Shown here: positions 18,368-24,705 of the stretch, in pieces
Layout of the letters: every line of letters starts with the position of its first letter
Numbering within the stretch: the first letter of the stretch is position 1
Source of the DNA: Patescibacteria group bacterium
Lineage (GTDB): Bacteria; Patescibacteriota; Patescibacteriia; Patescibacteriales; UBA12465
Direction: 5' to 3'
DNA length: 64,000 nt
Assembly (NCBI GenBank): GCA_041671365.1
Contig: JBAZBP010000003.1
Coordinates: forward strand, 34,017 to 98,016
Made by a program: the position numbers and the translations under genes
Notes under the pieces: model-generated
Told to the model about the DNA's origin: nothing
The model's database searches: none
Seen by the model: only the letters and a program-made list of their open reading frames with translations

Positions 18368-18479
18368 GGCTTTAACGGCGATACTTTCGGGCGCCTGTAA
18401 TTTCGTAGAGTAAAAACGAGCCTTAGCGAGTTTTTGCCACAGAAATTACCGAAGCCAAGAAAGTGTTGCCGGTAAAGCC
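18368..18479 (+). repeat. Hairpin element copy A (112 nt), member of a three-copy structured intergenic family and candidate ncRNA
   Basis: The basal 21-bp helix is GGCTTTAACGGCGATACTTTC / GAAAGTGTTGCCGGTAAAGCC (1 mismatch, 2 G-T wobbles). The conserved core is GCGCCTGTAATTTCGTAGAGTAAAAA ... TTTTTGCCACAGAAATTACCGAAGCC and is shared with the copies at 35564 and 43572. Confidence 0.6.
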
Positions 18480-18496
18480 AGAGTCACAAAAATTTT

Positions 18497-18820
18497 ATGA
18501 AAATCACTATAAAGTCGACTAAATTAGAACTAACCAAAGCCATTTCCGCTTATTTTCAGGCCAAAATGGATGCGGTTGAAAAATTTCTTGGAGATGTTAA
18601 AGTGATTAATTGCGACGTGGAGATTGAAAAGACTGTTGGCGGTCGGCATAAGGGGGAGATTTTTCGAGCCGAAGTAAATCTGGAAGTACCGCGTCAGTTA
18701 TTGCGGGTGGAAAAGACCGAAAAAGATTTATATAAAGCGATTGATAAAGTAAAAGATCACTTAGAACTGGTAATTAAGAAATATAAAGAAAAAATGATTG
18801 ATAAGAAACGAGGAAAATAA
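18497..18820 (+). CDS. hpf: Ribosome hibernation promoting factor / RaiA family (short form)
   Basis: 107 aa. MKITIKSTKLELTKAISAYFQAKMDAVEKFL and the ...FRAEVNLEV... beta-alpha-beta layout are typical of S30EA/HPF proteins. Confidence 0.85.
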   Translation: MKITIKSTKLELTKAISAYFQAKMDAVEKFLGDVKVINCDVEIEKTVGGRHKGEIFRAEVNLEVPRQLLRVEKTEKDLYKAIDKVKDHLELVIKKYKEKMIDKKRGK

Positions 18821-18829
18821 AAAATATAT

Positions 18830-21550
18830 ATGAATATTCTTGATATCTTTGGCGATGCTAATGAAAAAATAATTAAAGATATGAAGCCGCTGATTGCTAA
18901 GATCGGCGGTTTTGAACCGGATCTGCAGAAATTATCGGACTCGGAATTAAAAGAAAAAACTGAAAAGTTTAAGGAACGATTAATTAAAGGCGAAACTTTG
19001 GACGATCTTTTGCCCGAGGCTTATGCGACTATTCGTGAAGCGTCCCGTCGAGTTTTAAATCTGCGGCATTTTGACGTCCAACTGGTCGGCGGTATTGTTT
19101 TACATCGGGGACAAATCGCCGAAATGAAAACCGGAGAAGGGAAGACCTTAGTCGCGACCTTGCCTTTATATCTAAACGCCTTGGAAGGCCAGGGTGCGCA
19201 TTTAATTACGGTTAACGATTATTTAGCCCGTTTGGGCGCTGGCTGGATGGCGCCGGTCTTTTTTGCTTTAGGAATTTCAACCGGAGTGATTGTCCACGAA
19301 AACGCTTATGTTTATGATCCGGAGTATATAGATGAGAGCCAGTATGATGAGCGATTACAACACTTTAAACGTATTCCTCGCCGTGAGGCCTATAATTGCG
19401 ATATTACTTATGGGACTAACAATGAGTTTGGTTTTGATTATTTACGCGATAATATGGTTTATGCGCTTGATCAGGCCGTCCAGCGCTCCTTGCACTACGC
19501 CATTGTCGACGAAATAGATTCAATTTTGATTGATGAAGCGCGAACGCCTTTGATTATTAGTGCGGCCGCGGAAGAATCGACCGATAAATATTTTAAATTT
19601 TCTCAGATTGTTTCTCAGTTGGAAGAAAATGAAGATTACAATGTCGACGAAAAAATGCGCGCGGCCACTTTAACGGAAAATGGAATTAATAAAGTAGAAA
19701 AAATTTTAGGTCTTGGCAATATTTATGTCACGGGCGGAGTAAAAGAAGTTCATCATTTAGACCAGGCCTTAAAAGCGCGGGTACTCTTTAAACGTGACAA
19801 GGATTATGTGGTTAAAGACGACGAAATCATTATTGTTGATGAATTTACCGGCCGTTTAATGCCGGGGCGGCGCTATAGTGAAGGCTTACATCAAGCGATT
19901 GAAGCTAAAGAGGGCGTGAAAGTTCAGAAAGAATCGCAGACGATGGCGACGATTACCTTTCAGAATTTATTTCGCTTGTATCAGAAATTATCCGGTATGA
20001 CCGGGACGGCCGCGACGGAGGCGGAGGAATTTCATAAAATTTATAATTTAGACACGATCGTTATTCCGACCAATAAACCTAATATCCGAAAAGATTTAAA
20101 TGATTTAATTTATCGAACCGAAATGGACAAGTTTCAGGCGGTGATTAGAGATATTAAAGCGCGGAATATACTCGGCCAGCCGGTTTTGATTGGCACGATT
20201 TCTATTGAAAAAAATGAAGTATTGGCGGAGCTGATGGAGCGCGAAGGCTTGCATCCGAGCATGTTAAACGCCAAGAATCATCAAAAAGAAGCGGAAGTTA
20301 TCGCTCAAGCCGGCCGCAAGGGAGCCATTACTTTAGCCACTAACATGGCCGGACGCGGCGTCGATATTATTTTGGGAGGAAATCCGCCGGTAGAGGCGGA
20401 GCAAGAAGAAATTCGGAGTCTGGGCGGCCTGCACGTGATTGGCACCGAGCGCCATGAATCGCGGCGGATTGATAATCAGTTGCGCGGCCGAGCCGGTCGT
20501 CAGGGCGATTCCGGTTCTTCACAATTTTATGTTTCTACCGAAGACGATTTAATGCGTATTTTCGGCGGCGATCGGATGCGCGGTTTAATGGCTACTTTGA
20601 AAGTTCCGGCTGATATGCCGATTGAAAATAAAATGATTTCTAAATCCATTGAAAGCGCTCAAAAGAAAGTGGAAGGAAATAATTTTGATATCCGTAAAAA
20701 TTTAGTGGAGTACGATGACGTCATTAATAAACATCGCACCGCTATTTATAAACGGCGACGAGAAATTTTAGAAATTTTTGATAAAATAAAAACTGGAGCC
20801 GAAGCGGCCTCCGATCGGACTTTGGGTCAAATTATTTCAGAAATAGTGCGGGCAGAAATAAATAGTGTCGTCAATTTTCACACTAGCGCGGATAATGTTG
20901 CGGACTGGGACGTTAAGGAAATTTATGAAACCATGCGGACAATTTGGACGGCCGGCGAGGAAGTCCAATCGAAATTGACCGAATTGACTAGAAAATCAGA
21001 AGCTAAAGATTTAATCAGAGAAGAAATTATTACTTATTTACAGGCTGAAGCGGAGACTAGATACGCCGCCTTAAAACAAGATTTTGCCGCCGTTAATTTA
21101 GAATTTATTGAAGTTGAAAAAGGCGTTTTAATCCGATCAATCGATGAAATGTGGGTGGAGCATTTAGAAATCGTGGACTACTTGCGGCGCGGCATCGGTT
21201 TGCGGGGATATGGCCAGCGCGATCCACTGGTGGAATATAAAAAAGAAGCCTGGCGTTTATATCAGGAATTGAATGCTTTAATTAACAAGCAAGTCGCTTA
21301 TTCTATTTATAGGACCGGCGACGGTTTGCGCTTGACGGCCGCTTCGGAAATTAAATTATTCGCCGATCAAGAGGAGAAGAAATTAAATTTTACCGGCGCC
21401 GCCAAAGAAATGCATAAAGCCGCGGAAAAACGCAATACGATAGATTTGGTTCATGAAAAAACTAAAAATGATGAGGGAGAAAAAATTGGACGCAACGATC
21501 TTTGCCCCTGCGGCAGCGGGAAAAAATATAAGAAATGCCATGGGAGATAA
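18830..21550 (+). CDS. secA: Preprotein translocase ATPase SecA
   Basis: Full-length SecA motifs are present: MKTGEGKTLVATLP (Walker A), DEIDSILIDEARTPLIIS (DEAD-like), TNMAGRGVDI, and the C-terminal zinc motif CPCGSGKKYKKCHGR. Confidence 0.97.
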   Translation: MNILDIFGDANEKIIKDMKPLIAKIGGFEPDLQKLSDSELKEKTEKFKERLIKGETLDDLLPEAYATIREASRRVLNLRHFDVQLVGGIVLHRGQIAEMKTGEGKTLVATLPLYLNALEGQGAHLITVNDYLARLGAGWMAPVFFALGISTGVIVHENAYVYDPEYIDESQYDERLQHFKRIPRREAYNCDITYGTNNEFGFDYLRDNMVYALDQAVQRSLHYAIVDEIDSILIDEARTPLIISAAAEESTDKYFKFSQIVSQLEENEDYNVDEKMRAATLTENGINKVEKILGLGNIYVTGGVKEVHHLDQALKARVLFKRDKDYVVKDDEIIIVDEFTGRLMPGRRYSEGLHQAIEAKEGVKVQKESQTMATITFQNLFRLYQKLSGMTGTAATEAEEFHKIYNLDTIVIPTNKPNIRKDLNDLIYRTEMDKFQAVIRDIKARNILGQPVLIGTISIEKNEVLAELMEREGLHPSMLNAKNHQKEAEVIAQAGRKGAITLATNMAGRGVDIILGGNPPVEAEQEEIRSLGGLHVIGTERHESRRIDNQLRGRAGRQGDSGSSQFYVSTEDDLMRIFGGDRMRGLMATLKVPADMPIENKMISKSIESAQKKVEGNNFDIRKNLVEYDDVINKHRTAIYKRRREILEIFDKIKTGAEAASDRTLGQIISEIVRAEINSVVNFHTSADNVADWDVKEIYETMRTIWTAGEEVQSKLTELTRKSEAKDLIREEIITYLQAEAETRYAALKQDFAAVNLEFIEVEKGVLIRSIDEMWVEHLEIVDYLRRGIGLRGYGQRDPLVEYKKEAWRLYQELNALINKQVAYSIYRTGDGLRLTAASEIKLFADQEEKKLNFTGAAKEMHKAAEKRNTIDLVHEKTKNDEGEKIGRNDLCPCGSGKKYKKCHGR

Positions 21551-21551
21551 A
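21524..21551 (+). repeat. Direct repeat 1: authentic 3' end of secA (codons KYKKCHGR + stop)
   Basis: AAATATAAGAAATGCCATGGGAGATAAA recurs at 22345..22372, with 26 of 28 positions identical by my alignment. Confidence 0.8.
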
Positions 21552-21552
21552 T

Positions 21553-22371
21553 ATGAAAAAAATAAATCTGACACCATCAAAAACAGCAGAGAAAATGGCT
21601 GTTCAATACTTACAGCATGAATTTCGTAAAATTTTATCTGGGATAAAAAATTCTATTATTTGGAATTCGATTGATAGAGAATTGAGTCGTTTTATCAAGG
21701 TTCAAGGCGAAGCCTCATTTTGGAATCTAGTAGCGGCAATTGCTGAAGATTGGAAATTAAAGGCGGTTTATCGTTTGCTAACCGATACAAAATTTGAATG
21801 GACAAAGCAGCAGGTTCCGATAAAAAAAATTATTCTAACCGGCATGTCTCCCGCCATTGATAGTTTTATTATTAGTAAGTTTGAGCGCAATCCTTTACGT
21901 TTTCAGGCGGCTTGGGAAAAAGACAAAGAGATGAGAAGGATTTTTCAGCAGACCGGATTCGCTCGCCATAAAGAGCGTGATGATTTTCCAATTTTTCTTT
22001 TTCAGGCGTCAGAAGGGTATAGAGTATTTGATGGTATGCGCCGATCTTTGTTGACCATTATAGATCATAAGAAAACTATTAATGCCTGGGTCGGCAAGCC
22101 GGTTAACGAAAAAGGCCAGCCGTTAATTAGTGACGGAGCCGCTTACGTTTTATCACAGGTTTATAATCATGCGACTAAGAAAAGTAAAAGTTTGGATAAC
22201 TCTATGTTGCAAATCGGCGCGGTGATTTCGGATGATTATAGAAACGGACAGAAATTATTACAGGAAAGAATTGCCGGCTGGAGTCATGACAAGAAATTAA
22301 AGCAGCTTTTTCTTAATATGGCTAAAACATCTCGTCAAAATAGTAAATATAAAAAATGCCATGGGAAATAA
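21553..22371 (+). CDS. Hypothetical protein with ParB/sulfiredoxin-like DGxxR segment, C-terminus fused to a duplicated SecA tail
   Basis: The most plausible start is ATG 21553 (MKKINL), 3 nt after the secA stop. The track start 21535 lies inside secA. PIFLFQASEGYRVFDGMRRSLLTI resembles the ParB-N/Srx core (..DGhHR..). The ORF ends in KYKKCHGK, copied from the SecA zinc-motif tail. Confidence 0.4.
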   Translation: MKKINLTPSKTAEKMAVQYLQHEFRKILSGIKNSIIWNSIDRELSRFIKVQGEASFWNLVAAIAEDWKLKAVYRLLTDTKFEWTKQQVPIKKIILTGMSPAIDSFIISKFERNPLRFQAAWEKDKEMRRIFQQTGFARHKERDDFPIFLFQASEGYRVFDGMRRSLLTIIDHKKTINAWVGKPVNEKGQPLISDGAAYVLSQVYNHATKKSKSLDNSMLQIGAVISDDYRNGQKLLQERIAGWSHDKKLKQLFLNMAKTSRQNSKYKKCHGK

Positions 22372-22372
22372 A
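22345..22372 (+). repeat. Direct repeat 2: second copy of the secA 3' end
   Basis: AAATATAAAAAATGCCATGGGAAATAAA differs from the copy at 21524..21551 by two G-to-A changes. Confidence 0.8.
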
Positions 22373-22382
22373 ATATTAAAAT

Positions 22383-22709
22383 ATGCAATTACAAGACCTA
22401 ATAAAATTTATCAAGAAAGAGGATAAACGGTTAAGAGAGTGTTACGGTAATTATAAGGATGAGGAAAAGCGTATACTGGCAAGAACGGTAAAACTTACTG
22501 AAGAATTAGGTGAACTATGTGATGAAGTGTTGAGTTTTAATGCCATGCAACGAAAAGACAAATTAGATAACTATGATGCAAATAATTTACCCGAGGAATT
22601 CGCAGATGTCATAATAACAACTTTACTGCTCGCAGAAGTTATGAAAGTTGATATAGGAAAGGCATTGAAGGGAAAGATTAAAAAAATTGATAAGAGATAT
22701 ACGAAATAA
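22383..22709 (+). CDS. MazG-like all-alpha nucleoside triphosphate pyrophosphohydrolase
   Basis: 108 aa. The EELGELCDEV and EEFADVIITTLLLAE motifs (paired EExxE/D metal-binding helices) are typical of the small MazG-like family. Confidence 0.7.
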   Translation: MQLQDLIKFIKKEDKRLRECYGNYKDEEKRILARTVKLTEELGELCDEVLSFNAMQRKDKLDNYDANNLPEEFADVIITTLLLAEVMKVDIGKALKGKIKKIDKRYTK

Positions 22710-22760
22710 CTTCTGCGGTATGGTATTAAAGATCAAAAAATGTTATAGCGTTCAAAATAT

Positions 22761-23201
22761 ATGCATCACGTTGCTATTATGAATAAATCCTGGAAACTAA
22801 TACCAAAAGTTCTAAGCGGAGAAAAGACGGTTGAATCTCGTTGGTATCAGACCAGACGAACGCCGTGGGATAAAATAGCGACTGGCGACACAATATTTTT
22901 TAAAAATTCTAGTGAAGCGGTCACTGCGGAAGCCCGGGTGCTTAGTGTTAAACAGTTTGAAGTTAAAAATATCGTTGACGCTAAAGACATAATCGAGAAG
23001 TATGGCCAGGAAATTTGTTTGGTTGATGATAATCCGGCTAAATGGCGTAAGTTACCGAAATATTGTATTTTAATTTGGCTGGTTAATCCTAAATCGGTCG
23101 AACCGCCATTTCTAGTTAATAAAAAAAGATTTGGTAGTGCGACCGCCTGGATAACGGTTGATAATATTAAGAAATTAAAAATAAATATAAAAGTGCAATA
23201 A
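22761..23201 (+). CDS. ASCH domain (PUA-like fold) protein
   Basis: The N-terminus KLIPKVLSGEKTVESRW...GDTIFFK fits the ASCH pattern (..I.sGeKtvE.R....GD.i...). Confidence 0.55.
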   Translation: MHHVAIMNKSWKLIPKVLSGEKTVESRWYQTRRTPWDKIATGDTIFFKNSSEAVTAEARVLSVKQFEVKNIVDAKDIIEKYGQEICLVDDNPAKWRKLPKYCILIWLVNPKSVEPPFLVNKKRFGSATAWITVDNIKKLKINIKVQ

Positions 23202-23206
23202 GGATT

Positions 23207-23671
23207 ATGAAAAAATTATTAACCTTAGTCATAATTCATCAACACCCCAGAATATTGCTCGGAATGAAAAAGCGGGGGTTTGGCGTGGGAAAATGGAATG
23301 GTCTCGGCGGTAAAGTTGAGGCCAACGAAACTATTGAAGAAGCGGCCAGAAGAGAAGTGCAAGAAGAAGCCGGCATAGAAGTAGGGAACTTAAATCAGCT
23401 GGGAATACTAGATTTTGAATTTTCGGGCGACCCGGAAGACTGGCAAGTTCACATTTTTAAGTCAGACAATTTTACGGGAGAACCGACGGAAAGCGAAGAA
23501 ATGAAACCGCAGTGGTTTAATATTGGGGATATTCCTTATAACGAGATGTGGCCGGATGATAAATATTGGCTACCGCTGTTCTTAAACGGAAAAAAATTTA
23601 AAGGAAAATTTATTTTTGATAAGTCGGATGTTATATCGGAAAAAGAATTAATCGAGGTCGAAAAGCTATAG
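23207..23671 (+). CDS. NUDIX hydrolase, MutT/MTH1-like (oxidised purine NTP pyrophosphatase type)
   Basis: The Nudix box is GGKVEANETIEEAARREVQEEAGI, preceded by GKWNGLGG as in MTH1/NUDT1-like enzymes. Confidence 0.85.
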   Translation: MKKLLTLVIIHQHPRILLGMKKRGFGVGKWNGLGGKVEANETIEEAARREVQEEAGIEVGNLNQLGILDFEFSGDPEDWQVHIFKSDNFTGEPTESEEMKPQWFNIGDIPYNEMWPDDKYWLPLFLNGKKFKGKFIFDKSDVISEKELIEVEKL

Positions 23672-24652
23672 TTATTTATGCGCTCGTCCGTCCACTTCAT
23701 AATTAGTATTTTGAGTTTCAAAGAAATTAACTAACTCGAGAGTGTCAGTTGCCGCCGCCATCCATTTAGCCGGATTGGTAACTCTAAAATGTGGCTCAAA
23801 GCCTAATTCTTCTAAACGCCGGTCGGCGACATATCGGACATATTGATTAACATAATTGGCGTTAACGCCTAAAATTCCGCGGGGGAACATGTCATTATTA
23901 TAAGCGGTTTCCAAATTAACTCCGTCAATAATGATTTTTTGTATTTCAGCATTAAATTCCGAAGTAACGATTTCAGGATTTTCTTCTAAAATCGTCAGAA
24001 TTAGATTTAAGCCGAATTTTAGGTGTAAACTTTCATCACGCAAAACCCAGTCAATCAAAGAACCGAAATTGCGCAACTGGTGCCTTTGACGAAAACTTAG
24101 TGCGACCATAAAGCCGCTATAAAACCAGATACCCTCCATGACAATATTATAGGCGGTTAAATTACGAATAAAATCTTTTTTGCCGGCGGTAGTTTCAATA
24201 TCTAGCCTGGTTTCGCTCGTGCGAATTAAAAAATGAGTGACCCAGTCCTCCTTAGATTTAATTGAGGGTTTGTCCGAGTGTTGTTTGAAAATTTTAGTTC
24301 TATCGAGCGGAAAAGTTTCTAAAACATACTCAAACGCTAAACAATGATTTGCCTCTTCCCACATTTGCTTGGCTAGATATAAGTGAGCTTCCGGTGCTTT
24401 TAAATAGGGATAAACGCCGAGCGCTAGAGTTCGGTTAACGATTAGTTCGGCCGGGTTAAAAAAACTCATCAGAAAGCTCACAGCATGCCGTTCGTCTTCC
24501 GTCATTTTCTTCCAATCTTCCAAATCCTCGCCTAAAGCGATTTCATGCGGGAACCAGGTATTGGCGACAGCTTGATTATATAAATCGTAAGCCCATTGGT
24601 ATTTAATCGGTCGAAGCTGCATGTCGGAATTTAAAGGTTTTCCTAAGATCAT
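23672..24652 (-). CDS. nrdB: Ribonucleotide reductase small subunit, class I, R2c-like (Phe at radical-Tyr position)
   Basis: The ferritin-like metal motifs are FFNPAELIV, EEANHCLAF, MEGIWFYSGF and RDESLHLKF. The residue 4 positions after the first ligand His is Phe, not Tyr, and the first carboxylate ligand is Glu. Confidence 0.9.
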   Translation of the reverse strand: MILGKPLNSDMQLRPIKYQWAYDLYNQAVANTWFPHEIALGEDLEDWKKMTEDERHAVSFLMSFFNPAELIVNRTLALGVYPYLKAPEAHLYLAKQMWEEANHCLAFEYVLETFPLDRTKIFKQHSDKPSIKSKEDWVTHFLIRTSETRLDIETTAGKKDFIRNLTAYNIVMEGIWFYSGFMVALSFRQRHQLRNFGSLIDWVLRDESLHLKFGLNLILTILEENPEIVTSEFNAEIQKIIIDGVNLETAYNNDMFPRGILGVNANYVNQYVRYVADRRLEELGFEPHFRVTNPAKWMAAATDTLELVNFFETQNTNYEVDGRAHK

Positions 24653-24705
24653 ATAGTTATAGTTATTATAGTTAGAATGTTTTATGTTAATAATTAGATT
24701 TTAAT

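Noticed and set aside
18366-18413. A 15-codon ORF (MALTAILSGACNFVE) starting inside hairpin copy A.
   Set aside because: There is no equivalent ORF in copies B or C, and the conservation pattern follows base pairing rather than codons. It is most likely fortuitous.
18368-18479. The hairpin elements as small SRP (4.5S) RNA, 6S RNA or the raiA-motif RNA. The length of ~112 nt and the long-hairpin shape resemble 4.5S RNA, and copy A lies upstream of an hpf/raiA-family gene.
   Set aside because: There are three copies in unrelated contexts and both orientations. The SRP domain IV motifs (GGAA tetraloop, AGCA/GA loops) are absent. The elements are too short and too simple for 6S RNA or the raiA motif as I remember them.
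21535-21552. The track start codon at 21535 (MPWEIN...) for the ORF after secA.
   Set aside because: These six codons overlap the last codons of secA in another frame. The ATG at 21553, 3 nt after the secA stop, gives a normal MKK... N-terminus and is the more plausible start.
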